From Calditrichaceae bacterium (GTDB taxonomy: Bacteria; Calditrichota; Calditrichia; Calditrichales; JBFXGD01): 64,000 nt of DNA. Position 1 is the stretch's first letter; every line of letters starts with the position of its first letter. The notes under the pieces are model-generated. The model did not search any database and was not told where the DNA came from. It saw only the letters and a program-made list of their open reading frames with translations. Of the stretch, positions 46,860 to 56,371 are shown in pieces. The stretch is taken from assembly GCA_050173015.1 (NCBI GenBank), contig JBFXLE010000002.1:64001-128000 (forward strand), in the 5' to 3' direction. The position numbers and the translations under genes are program-made.

Positions 46860-47810
46860 ATGAATAAACTGATTAAATATTTCAGAAAAAATTATAAGAT
46901 GCTCATGTCGTCCTTTATCCTGGCTTTTATTCTTTGGTTCGCGGTCACTACGGATAAGGAATACACTTATAAAATAGAAATACCTCTGAAAATCAACCGC
47001 GTTGCAAAAGACAGAGTTTTAAAGGAACTTCCTCCGGAAAAAGCGGTTGTGGAAGTTCGGGGTAAGGGCCGGTCACTCTTCAGTCTCTATTTTTACAATC
47101 CGGAAGTGGAACTTGATCTGCCGGAGGTGAATAATTCGACAACGATTCATCTAAAGGACTATATCAATCATTTTAATTTACCAATGGAATTTGGCGTTCG
47201 CATCATTGATGTCATCGAACCCAAAAACATCGAGTTACAGGTCGACCGTTTCGCGGAAATGATCAAATATATAAGCGTCAGCAGCGTTATAAAAACACAA
47301 CCGGGCTATGTATTGATGAACACAACTCCATCACAAGATTCAGTTATCGTCTCGGGGCCCATATCACTGATCAGGGAGCTAAAGGAAATTTCGACCGATA
47401 CTTTTTCAGTCGATAATGTTAAATATCCCTTTAAACGGAAGCAGCGACTTATCTCTCCCAATCCAAATGTGATTCATCTGGAGCCGTCTGAAATCGAAGT
47501 GAATTATAACATTGAGCAATTAGTTGAAAGAAAAATCTATAATATTCCAATTCAATTTGTGGGGCTTCCCGATAACCTTCTCGCGGAATCGACACCCGCG
47601 ATGATTTCCCTGAAAGTCAAGGGTGGGGAAAGTATAATAGCAGCTATAACACCGGATGAAATTTCCGCCACTTTCAATTTTACAAAAAATTATAAAGTCG
47701 GCAAGATAAAATATCCGGTCGAAATCGAAACGCCGCTCAATGTAAGCTGGCTGGAAGCCAGTCCTCAATTTTTTGAGCTGAAGTTAAAGAAGAAAGAAAG
47801 TAACTTATGA
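46860..47810 (+). CDS. CdaR/YbbR-like membrane protein
   Basis: SFILAFILWFAV TM followed by three YbbR-like repeats (VEVRG, VIVSGP, LKVKG). Confidence 0.75.
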   Translation: MNKLIKYFRKNYKMLMSSFILAFILWFAVTTDKEYTYKIEIPLKINRVAKDRVLKELPPEKAVVEVRGKGRSLFSLYFYNPEVELDLPEVNNSTTIHLKDYINHFNLPMEFGVRIIDVIEPKNIELQVDRFAEMIKYISVSSVIKTQPGYVLMNTTPSQDSVIVSGPISLIRELKEISTDTFSVDNVKYPFKRKQRLISPNPNVIHLEPSEIEVNYNIEQLVERKIYNIPIQFVGLPDNLLAESTPAMISLKVKGGESIIAAITPDEISATFNFTKNYKVGKIKYPVEIETPLNVSWLEASPQFFELKLKKKESNL

Positions 47811-48814
47811 TCGTTCTGGGTGTAGAAACATCCTGTGATGAAACATCCGCGGCGGTAATAGAAGATAACCGGGTATTATCCTCAGTGATCTCCTCTCAGG
47901 AAATACATTCTCAATTTGGCGGAGTGGTACCGGAACTTGCGTCGCGCGCGCATGTGCGTCTGATTGTTCCGATCGTCGAAAAGGCCGTAGCCGAATCCGG
48001 TTTGCCGAAAGACGAAATCGACGGATTCTCCGTGACTCACGGACCCGGACTTGTGGGGGCGCTGCTTGTAGGCGTGAATTTTGTCAAGGGATTGTCACTC
48101 GCGCTGAAGAAGCCTTTTGTAGGTGTGAACCATATCGAAGGACATATTTATGGAAATATTCTTTCGCAAAAGGAGGTCCGTTTTCCGATCATTTTTCTAA
48201 TCGTTTCGGGGGGACATACCCAAATTGTGCTTATGAAGGACCATTTGCGGTATGAGATCCTTGGCAAAACACGTGATGATGCTGTTGGGGAAGCGTTTGA
48301 CAAGGGAGCAAAAATGCTTGGGCTCGGATATCCGGGTGGTCCTCTCATTGATCAACTGGCAAAAAACGGTGATCCGCAGAAAGTTAGTTTTCCACGGGCA
48401 TTTTTAAAAAATACGGATTTTGAATTTAGTTACAGCGGTTTAAAAACATCCCTGTTGACCTATATAGAACAAAATGGTGTTGAATACATCAACGCGAACA
48501 TTCATGATATCTGCGCTTCTTATCAGGCGGCAGCAGTAGAAGTCCTTGTAAAAAAAACTATAAAGGCTGCAAAAATACATAATGCGAAACAAATTGGTAT
48601 CGCGGGCGGTGTGGCAGCGAATTCACTGTTAAGAAAATGGCTGGGTGAGGAAAGTGTGAAATCGGGTTTTGATCTTTATCTGCCGGATCTTAAATATTGC
48701 ACAGATAATGCCGCGATGATTGCCAGAGCCGGGCTGGAATATTTAAAGAGAAATATACATTCGGACCAGACTTTAAATGCTTATCCCGCGCTAAAACTAA
48801 AATCTCAATCCTGA
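47807..48814 (+). CDS. tsaD: tRNA N6-adenosine threonylcarbamoyltransferase
   Basis: GVETSCDET, GGVVPELASRAH, HIEGH, VSGGHT, GEAFDK, TDNAAMI. Confidence 0.97.
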   Translation: MIVLGVETSCDETSAAVIEDNRVLSSVISSQEIHSQFGGVVPELASRAHVRLIVPIVEKAVAESGLPKDEIDGFSVTHGPGLVGALLVGVNFVKGLSLALKKPFVGVNHIEGHIYGNILSQKEVRFPIIFLIVSGGHTQIVLMKDHLRYEILGKTRDDAVGEAFDKGAKMLGLGYPGGPLIDQLAKNGDPQKVSFPRAFLKNTDFEFSYSGLKTSLLTYIEQNGVEYINANIHDICASYQAAAVEVLVKKTIKAAKIHNAKQIGIAGGVAANSLLRKWLGEESVKSGFDLYLPDLKYCTDNAAMIARAGLEYLKRNIHSDQTLNAYPALKLKSQS

Positions 48815-48822
48815 TAGCGAAA

Positions 48823-50958
48823 ATGCAGAATCTTTTTCCTGAACTTATCAGACTTAATATTCCCTTTATCGTCCTGATTTTTCTGCTGGCGCTTTCTGTC
48901 CTCGCGGCGGTGTGGTTGTACAGAACAACGACGCCGCCAAGCAGCTCAAAAGTAAAATTTATTCTGGGGACACTGAGAGCAGCTGTTCTGTTTATTCTTC
49001 TGTTATTGTTTTTTTCCCCCCGTCTGTTTATTCGAAATTCAGAAACCAAAACTGAAGAAATATCAATCTATGTAGATAATTCAGCTTCTATGAAGGGCTC
49101 CGAAAGTGATCCTGAACGCTGGAAACAAGTTCTGGAAACAGCGAAACATCTAAAAAACCGGTTGGGTGAACAGGCTTCACTTCACTGGTACCGGTTTGCT
49201 TCAGAGACGGAGCCGGTTCTTCCGGATACTTTATCGATTAGCAACTCCGGGACTAATTTTTCGAATTTAATGAATCAGATTAACAGATTAGGCGGCGGAC
49301 AGGTATTTGTTATCAGTGATGGGAACATGACCGAAGGAGAGTCACCGCTCTCTGAAAGCCGTAAAAGTTCAGTTACTATACATACGATCGGGATCGGCAG
49401 AGAAGATTCAGGCGAGGATGTTCTTATCTCAAACGTGATCTTTAAACCGGTTGTTTATCAGGATAGTGAGCAGCAAATTGAGGTGATAATCAGCAATAAC
49501 AGTGTCAGCGGTCAAAGCCTTAATCTGAAACTAAGTTCAAACGGAAGATTAATTTCGACCAGAAAGATTACGATTGAAAATCCTAACACTGAGCAGAATG
49601 TGATTTTTAATTATACTCCCGGGGAGAACGGGCCGCATAAGTTTGAATTGAATCTTGATGGTTTTGCAGGTGAAAAAAACTCTGTAAATAATCATTTTGT
49701 GTTCGTACAGGATGTTCTGAAGAGTAAATTGAGAATTGGTATATTTGCGGGTTCGGTAGGATATGAGAGTAAATTTATCAAGTTGTTGCTGGATCGGCTG
49801 ATCAATGTGGAAACGTATCTGTTCGTTGAAGATAATACCGGAGATTATATTCAGTCACCCAATCTCCAATTTATTGACAGTCTCGATATTATAATATTTC
49901 AGGACTATCCGGGAAGATTTACCCGCGCGTCTTCGATAGAAAGACTTTCTTCAACGATGAGAAAAAATCAGCCCGCGTTTATTGTCTTCATAGGAGAGAA
50001 TACAAGTCTCAATTCACTTGATTTGTTCTCGGATTATCTGCCCTTCATCAGCGCGCCTGACAGGATGAGTCCAATCGCGATAACCGTAGGTGAGGGTTCC
50101 GTTGATTTAAGCAACGCTCTGACAAATGTGTTTCCTGAACCGGCAAAAAACAGCCTGTTTTGGAATAAAATTCCGCCTGTTATGCTTTCAGCGTATACTT
50201 CCAAATTAAAGCCAAAGGCAAAAATTCCTATTACAGGGAGCGGTGATCAGTCAGGATACAATATTCTGACAACATTTGACGAGCCACCGGTCAAATCCGC
50301 GGTTCTGAACGGCTCCGGTTTCTGGAAATGGCATTTTCTTATTCAGGACAGAGAGGATATCAAAGTGGGTTATAAAAATTTTTTGTCACATTTAATCCGT
50401 TGGGCATCTAATAAGAAAATGATTAAGCCGGTCAATCTTGAAATTTCCGGAACCGAATTCTATCTGGGCAAAAGGATTGACATTACCGGCCATTTATACA
50501 GCCCAGAATACAGGCCAATTACAGATGGAAGTTTGACTTTAAAAATTGAATGGGAAAAGCAGAATTTTACTATCGAAACAGAAAATGACAGTTCCGGTAA
50601 CTATACGGCGCATTTTATGCCGCCTGGGGAGGGAAGATACAGGATTACCGGGAACGGATATTTAAACGGGGTGGAACTTGGCTCAGATATGACAGAAATT
50701 GAGTTGATCCCATTTGAGAAGGAGTACCTGAAAACAGGTCAAAATTCTGATTTTTTAAGAAAATTATCAAAGATGGGAAACGGAATTTATGCCCCTGCCG
50801 AGAGAGTTGACTCTCTTCTCAGCATCATTGATACGGCTCCAAAAACAGTAAAGAATGACCGCGAAATAGATTTGTGGTACAAGCCTTTTATACTCTTTCT
50901 CATTATTGGGATCATAGTGTTAGAGTGGTTATTAAGAAAGAAATATTCATTGGTATAA
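48823..50958 (+). CDS. Membrane-anchored vWA-domain protein with Ig-like and GATase-like regions
   Basis: Two N-terminal TMs, MIDAS DNSAS...T...SDG, WKW motif, C-terminal TM ending EWLLRKK. Confidence 0.75.
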   Translation: MQNLFPELIRLNIPFIVLIFLLALSVLAAVWLYRTTTPPSSSKVKFILGTLRAAVLFILLLLFFSPRLFIRNSETKTEEISIYVDNSASMKGSESDPERWKQVLETAKHLKNRLGEQASLHWYRFASETEPVLPDTLSISNSGTNFSNLMNQINRLGGGQVFVISDGNMTEGESPLSESRKSSVTIHTIGIGREDSGEDVLISNVIFKPVVYQDSEQQIEVIISNNSVSGQSLNLKLSSNGRLISTRKITIENPNTEQNVIFNYTPGENGPHKFELNLDGFAGEKNSVNNHFVFVQDVLKSKLRIGIFAGSVGYESKFIKLLLDRLINVETYLFVEDNTGDYIQSPNLQFIDSLDIIIFQDYPGRFTRASSIERLSSTMRKNQPAFIVFIGENTSLNSLDLFSDYLPFISAPDRMSPIAITVGEGSVDLSNALTNVFPEPAKNSLFWNKIPPVMLSAYTSKLKPKAKIPITGSGDQSGYNILTTFDEPPVKSAVLNGSGFWKWHFLIQDREDIKVGYKNFLSHLIRWASNKKMIKPVNLEISGTEFYLGKRIDITGHLYSPEYRPITDGSLTLKIEWEKQNFTIETENDSSGNYTAHFMPPGEGRYRITGNGYLNGVELGSDMTEIELIPFEKEYLKTGQNSDFLRKLSKMGNGIYAPAERVDSLLSIIDTAPKTVKNDREIDLWYKPFILFLIIGIIVLEWLLRKKYSLV

Positions 50959-50974
50959 TCTGCCGGGGTAAGAG

Positions 50975-51619
50975 ATGCCGGAAAATAGTAAACGGAATAG
51001 ATTTAATGAGATTGCTACCGTCTGGGATGAGAGTCCGCGAAGGATTCAGACGGCAAACGCCGTATTTAAAGCAATTTTGAATGACGTCCCGCTTGCTAAA
51101 GAAATGAATATACTGGACTTTGGGTGTGGGACAGGACTTGTTGCCATCCCAATCCAACCATACGTAAATTCGGTTACGGCGGTGGATAACTCAGCCGGTA
51201 TGCTGAATGTTTTACGCGAAAAAATCGAGAACCGGAAAATAAAAAATATTCAAACCGTGCTGATAAACGACAATACCGTGTCCCTACCTGATGAAAAATT
51301 TGACCTTATCATGAGCAGCCTGACCCTGCACCATATACACGATTACCAAAATTTACTTTCGAAAATGTTTCATCTGTTAAATCCGGGCGCATACATCTGC
51401 ATTGCCGATCTGGAAAAAGAAGAAGGTGATTTTCATGATGAAAATACCGAGGCGGTTCATCACGGTTTCGATCCGGAAATCCTTAAAGAAAATTTAACGG
51501 AAATCGGATATCAATCGATCACTTATAAAAGAATTTACACCATTACAAAAGAGACAAAAGAAGGAAAACTGAAAAAATTTCCGCTCTTTCTAATCATCGC
51601 GCGGAATCCACTGACCTGA
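50975..51619 (+). CDS. Class I SAM-dependent methyltransferase
   Basis: ILDFGCGTG, VDNSAGML, FDLI, LHH, LNPG. Confidence 0.9.
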   Translation: MPENSKRNRFNEIATVWDESPRRIQTANAVFKAILNDVPLAKEMNILDFGCGTGLVAIPIQPYVNSVTAVDNSAGMLNVLREKIENRKIKNIQTVLINDNTVSLPDEKFDLIMSSLTLHHIHDYQNLLSKMFHLLNPGAYICIADLEKEEGDFHDENTEAVHHGFDPEILKENLTEIGYQSITYKRIYTITKETKEGKLKKFPLFLIIARNPLT

Positions 51620-51640
51620 CAAGAGGAGAGGACCTGTTCC

Positions 51641-52516
51641 ATGGATCAACAATTGAAAAAGTCTTTGCTAAAACTTCAAAAAAATGAGTTATCAGAGTAC
51701 CTGGTCTATAAAAAACTCGCGAGCCAAATAAAAGATAACCATAACAGGGAAGTTCTTGAGCGTATTGCCAATGATGAGTTTGAACATTTTAAATTTCTAA
51801 AAAAATACACTAATGAAGATGTAAAGCCAAGGCGGTTTAAAATTTACTGGTATGTGCTTATTTCAAAAATATTTGGTCTTTCTTTCGGGTTGAAACTAAT
51901 GGAAAAAGGAGAAGATCTGGCCTCCAGAATATATGATGACCTCGCAAGCCAAATTCCTGATATCGCATCTTTAAGCGTTGAAGAACAGCGGCATGAAAAA
52001 GAGCTGCTTGATATATTATCTGAAGAGCGGCTGGAATATGCCGGCGCTATGGTGCTCGGTTTGAATGATGCCCTAGTTGAGCTGACCGGCGCGCTGGCAG
52101 GATTGACATTCGCGCTGCAAAACGCGCAGCTTGTAGCGATTACAGGCTTCGTAACCGGTATCGCGGCTTCGCTATCGATGGCGGCATCCGGGTATCTTTC
52201 ATCTAAGGAAGAAGCGGATCAGAATGAGGCAAAAAGTCCTCTGAAAGCAGCGCTTTATACCGGAGTCGCATATGTCATTACGGTATTACTGCTGATCGCG
52301 CCGTATTTCATTTTTGAAAATATTTTTGTATCTTTATGGGTAATGCTTTTGGTTGGAATTATGATCATTTTTGGCTATACTTTTTATATTACAACCGCAA
52401 AAAATTTAAAGTTCTGGAAAAGATTTCTTGAAATGGCAGCCATTTCTTTAACAGTGGCGTTAATAAGTTTCTTTGTTGGTATCATTATGAAAAAGACCTT
52501 TGGAGTGGATCTGTAA
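51641..52516 (+). CDS. Rubrerythrin/ferritin-like domain fused to a VIT1/CCC1 metal transporter
   Basis: Diiron-type E...ExxH pairs (DEFEH, EEQRH); VLGLNDALVE, ASLSMAASGYLS; multiple TMs. Confidence 0.9.
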   Translation: MDQQLKKSLLKLQKNELSEYLVYKKLASQIKDNHNREVLERIANDEFEHFKFLKKYTNEDVKPRRFKIYWYVLISKIFGLSFGLKLMEKGEDLASRIYDDLASQIPDIASLSVEEQRHEKELLDILSEERLEYAGAMVLGLNDALVELTGALAGLTFALQNAQLVAITGFVTGIAASLSMAASGYLSSKEEADQNEAKSPLKAALYTGVAYVITVLLLIAPYFIFENIFVSLWVMLLVGIMIIFGYTFYITTAKNLKFWKRFLEMAAISLTVALISFFVGIIMKKTFGVDL

Positions 52517-53151
52517 TGCGGGTTTTGGATTTATCTCACTTGATGTCAAATCACATGCCCGTTTTTCCCGGAACTCCTGATCCTGATTTTAGCGATATCG
52601 GTCAGTTTGAGAGTGATGGATTCAGAGAAAAATTATTGCATATTAGTTCACATACGGGAACACATCTGGATGCTCCGGCCCATATGATTAAAAACGGGAA
52701 AACACTCGATGAATTTGACATGGATAGATTTATAGGAAGCGGTGTCGTTTTGGATGTTACTAATTTTAACCAGGGAGAAATTCCTCTTTCTGCTTTTGAA
52801 AACTCCATTCGGCTCCGGAATATCGATTTTATACTGTTTTATACGGGTCATTCAAAAAAATGGGGCAGCCCCGAATACTTTGAAAAGTCTCCGTTTATAT
52901 CACCTGAATTGGCTGAGATGCTGAGTATGGAAAAGATCAAAGGAATTGGGATCGATTCCATCTCGGTTGACGAAATCTCATCGACAGAATATTTTTCTCA
53001 CCACAAAATTTTGAGCAAAAATATTATTATCGTTGAAAATCTGACAAATCTCGGATTACTTACGGATCAAACCTTCACATTCATTTGTTTACCGTTAAAA
53101 ATTGAAGGTGGTGATGGCTCTCCCGTCCGGGCGGCAGCGCTTGTTTCATAA
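52516..53151 (+). CDS. Cyclase/kynurenine formamidase-family metal hydrolase
   Basis: HTGTHLDAPAH, GIDS, VENL, DGSPVRA; TAATG coupling. Confidence 0.92.
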   Translation: MRVLDLSHLMSNHMPVFPGTPDPDFSDIGQFESDGFREKLLHISSHTGTHLDAPAHMIKNGKTLDEFDMDRFIGSGVVLDVTNFNQGEIPLSAFENSIRLRNIDFILFYTGHSKKWGSPEYFEKSPFISPELAEMLSMEKIKGIGIDSISVDEISSTEYFSHHKILSKNIIIVENLTNLGLLTDQTFTFICLPLKIEGGDGSPVRAAALVS

Positions 53152-53169
53152 AATAAGGACATATCTCAG

Positions 53170-53745
53170 ATGAAAAAAAGATGCGGCTGGGTTCCTGAAA
53201 ATAACCGGCTTTATACGGATTATCATGATATTGAGTGGGGAGTGCCTGTACATGATGATCGAAAATTATTCGAATTTCTGATCCTGGAAGGCTTTCAGGC
53301 GGGATTAAGCTGGAGTACTATCCTGAACAAACGCGAAAATTTTAAACGGGCTTTTGACGAATTTGCCGCTGAAAAAATTGTATCTTATGATCAGCAAAAA
53401 CTGGATGAGCTAATGAATAATCCCGGGATCATAAGAAATAAACTAAAAATCAACGCCGCGGTGACAAACGCCCGGTCGTTTTTAAAAATACAGGATGAGT
53501 TTGGATCGTTCGACGCCTATATCTGGAAGTTTGTAAGTGGAAAAACGATTCAAAACCACTGGAAAACACTCAATGATATTCCCGCAATGACGGAAATATC
53601 AGACGCGATGAGTAAAGATCTAAAACAAAGAGGCTTTAAGTTTGTAGGCTCAACGGTGTGTTACGCTCATATGCAGGCGACAGGAATGGTCAATGACCAT
53701 ACTATAGACTGTTTCAGACATCATGAAGTTAAAATGATGAAATAG
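53170..53745 (+). CDS. tag: DNA-3-methyladenine glycosylase I
   Basis: RCGW, YHDIEWG, LEGFQAGLSW, GFKFVG, GMVNDH. Confidence 0.96.
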   Translation: MKKRCGWVPENNRLYTDYHDIEWGVPVHDDRKLFEFLILEGFQAGLSWSTILNKRENFKRAFDEFAAEKIVSYDQQKLDELMNNPGIIRNKLKINAAVTNARSFLKIQDEFGSFDAYIWKFVSGKTIQNHWKTLNDIPAMTEISDAMSKDLKQRGFKFVGSTVCYAHMQATGMVNDHTIDCFRHHEVKMMK

Positions 53746-53752
53746 GGGGAAA

Positions 53753-54676
53753 ATGAGGATCATCATTACCGGGGCAACGGGATTTATCGGGACTCACCTT
53801 ACCAAGAGATTGACCGACAGCGGTCATAAAGTTATTGCCTTGTCGCGAAATCCTAAAAATGCTCAGCGTATTTTGGGCAATGAAATTTCATGTTTGCAAT
53901 GGGCAGGGAAAGACACCACTCCCTGGTTGGATCAGCTAAATGGTGATTATGGGATTATCAATCTTGCCGGAGAAAATATTGCTGCCGGAAGATGGAGCGC
54001 GGATAGAAAACAAAAAATTCTGCGAAGCAGGGTGGATGCGGGTGAAATCATCGTAAATGCTGTTCGGCAGGCGGCAAAGAAACCTGAATTTGTGATGCAG
54101 GCCTCCGCGATCGGTATCTACGGATCATCCAGGGAGCTTATTTTTGACGAAGAAACTCTTCCGGGCAAAGGATTTTTGGCGGATGTCTGTAAACGCTGGG
54201 AAGAAAGCAGTAAAGAGATTGAGAACATGCGGATTCGCCGGATCATCATCAGAACCGGTGTGGTACTTGGGCAAAACGGCGGAATTATGAAAAAGATGTC
54301 GCTACCGTTTAAGCTCTTTATAGGCGGGCCCCCGGGGGATGGAAAACAGGGCTTCTCCTGGATTCATATGGATGATGAGGTAAGAGCAATTCAGTTTTTG
54401 CTTGAATCAAAACATCAAAAAGGGATATTCAATCTAACGGCTCCGAACCCTGTATTCATGACAGACTTTACAAAAATCTACGGGAAAGCGCTGAATCGTC
54501 CATCCTGGTTACCGGTGCCATCCTTTGTACTAAAAACATTATTTGGAGAAATGGCCGAAGAAGTGATTCTAAGCGGTCAGAAAGTCATGCCAAAGGCATT
54601 ATTGAAGGCTGGTTTTACATTTAATTTTCCTGATCTGAAGAATGCGGTGAATGATCTTACGGGATTGAACACGTAG
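53753..54676 (+). CDS. TIGR01777-family NAD-dependent epimerase
   Basis: TGATGFIG, INLAG, ASAIGIYG, RTGVVL, SWIH. Confidence 0.92.
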   Translation: MRIIITGATGFIGTHLTKRLTDSGHKVIALSRNPKNAQRILGNEISCLQWAGKDTTPWLDQLNGDYGIINLAGENIAAGRWSADRKQKILRSRVDAGEIIVNAVRQAAKKPEFVMQASAIGIYGSSRELIFDEETLPGKGFLADVCKRWEESSKEIENMRIRRIIIRTGVVLGQNGGIMKKMSLPFKLFIGGPPGDGKQGFSWIHMDDEVRAIQFLLESKHQKGIFNLTAPNPVFMTDFTKIYGKALNRPSWLPVPSFVLKTLFGEMAEEVILSGQKVMPKALLKAGFTFNFPDLKNAVNDLTGLNT

Positions 54677-54712
54677 GGTGATAACGATTACGAAAATTAA
54701 GGCGGATAAAGA

Positions 54713-56254
54713 ATGATTTCAAAAGTGTATTCAGCTGCGTTGATGGGTATTAATGCATATCAGGTTGAAGTAGAGACACATCTGGAAGGAAATGTTCCGT
54801 ATTTTGGGATTGTTGGACTTCCGGACAATGCTGTGCGGGAAAGCCGTGAAAGAGTCGTGGCAGCGATAAAAAATTCCGGTTATAAATTTGTGCATCAAAG
54901 ACGCATTACCATCAATTTAGCTCCCGCGGATATCAAAAAGGAAGGATCTTCATATGACCTGCCGATCGCGATAGGGATTCTCAGCGCTCAGGGAGATATT
55001 GCAGTAGATCGCATCAATAAATATATGATTTTAGGGGAGCTTGCTCTTGACGGAAGTCTGCGTCCCATTCATGGTTCTCTCTCCATTGCGGTAAAGGCAA
55101 AGGAATTGGGATTTAAGGGTATGATTGTCCCGGAGGAGAATGCCAGGGAAGCCGCGATGGGAAGTCCTGAATTAGATATCTACCCCATGGGTAATTTAGT
55201 AGATGTGGTAAATTTTTTAAATAATCTGGCTCCTTTTGACCCGATTAAAGTGGATATCAGGGAATTATTTCTTCAGGAACGGAAATCTAAACTAGATTTC
55301 AGTGATGTCCGCGGGCAGGAACATGTAAAAAGAGCGCTTGAAGTCGCCGCGGCGGGCGGTCACAATATTATTATGATCGGGCCTCCGGGTTCGGGAAAAA
55401 CAATGCTGGCAAAACGATTCCCGACGATACTGCCCCTAATGACCCTTGATGAGGCGATTGAGACCACAAAAATACATTCTGTGGCCGGTTTAATTCCATC
55501 AGATCACGGGCTCGTGGCGACACGCCCCTTTCGTTCTCCGCATCACACAATTTCCGATGCCGCGCTTGTTGGTGGCGGAAAATACCCGAGACCGGGTGAA
55601 GTGAGCCTCGCGCATCATGGCGTCCTGTTCCTCGATGAACTTCCCGAATTTAAAAAAAATGTGCTTGAAGTAATGCGCCAGCCGATGGAAGACGGCCGGG
55701 TAACTATTTCAAGGGCGGCGTTATCACTCACATATCCCGCGAATTTCATGTTAACGGCGGCGATGAATCCCTGTCCATGCGGTTATTTTGGCGATCCCGG
55801 CAGATCATGTTCATGCGCGCCAGCGCAAATCCAAAAATATCTAACCCGGATTTCCGGCCCGCTTCTAGATAGAATAGATATCCACGTGGATGTTCCCGCT
55901 GTTAATTTTAAGGAACTTTCATCGGATAGAAAAGGCGAATCCAGCGCGGTGATCAGGGAAAGAGTACAGGCCGCGAGAGAAATTCAGCTTGACCGTTTTA
56001 AGTCGGAGAAACATATTTTCAGCAATGCGGGGATGCTACCTTCAGAAATTAGAAAATACTGTAAAATTGATGAAGACGGCCAGGAATTACTCAAAATTGC
56101 CATAAATCGCCTGGGGTTATCCGCGCGGGCATACGATCGAATTTTAAAAGTATCAAGAACCATCGCGGATCTTGCCGGAAGCCATTCCATTCTTCCCGAA
56201 CATATCAGCGAAGCCATCCAATACCGAAGTCTTGACCGGGAACTTTGGCAATAA
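54713..56254 (+). CDS. comM: YifB/ComM Mg-chelatase-like AAA ATPase
   Basis: [59 protein letters not shown]. Confidence 0.95.
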   Translation: MISKVYSAALMGINAYQVEVETHLEGNVPYFGIVGLPDNAVRESRERVVAAIKNSGYKFVHQRRITINLAPADIKKEGSSYDLPIAIGILSAQGDIAVDRINKYMILGELALDGSLRPIHGSLSIAVKAKELGFKGMIVPEENAREAAMGSPELDIYPMGNLVDVVNFLNNLAPFDPIKVDIRELFLQERKSKLDFSDVRGQEHVKRALEVAAAGGHNIIMIGPPGSGKTMLAKRFPTILPLMTLDEAIETTKIHSVAGLIPSDHGLVATRPFRSPHHTISDAALVGGGKYPRPGEVSLAHHGVLFLDELPEFKKNVLEVMRQPMEDGRVTISRAALSLTYPANFMLTAAMNPCPCGYFGDPGRSCSCAPAQIQKYLTRISGPLLDRIDIHVDVPAVNFKELSSDRKGESSAVIRERVQAAREIQLDRFKSEKHIFSNAGMLPSEIRKYCKIDEDGQELLKIAINRLGLSARAYDRILKVSRTIADLAGSHSILPEHISEAIQYRSLDRELWQ

Positions 56255-56371
56255 ATCAGTAGAAATGTTAAAATTCCGGATTGTTAGTTGCTTTATAAAA
56301 TCCAGTTAGTTAAATTTAATAAAATGTAGAACTTAATGAATTAAATCACATAACCCTTAATTTTTTATAGG

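Noticed and set aside
51617-51643. The methyltransferase UGA is in frame with the downstream VIT1 gene (TGA CAA GAG GAG AGG ACC TGT TCC ATG), suggesting Sec read-through fusion
   Set aside because: The downstream gene has its own strong GAGGAG RBS, only a 3-bp stem follows the UGA (no credible SECIS), and the UGA is not at a catalytic Cys-like position. In-frame spacing is common by chance.
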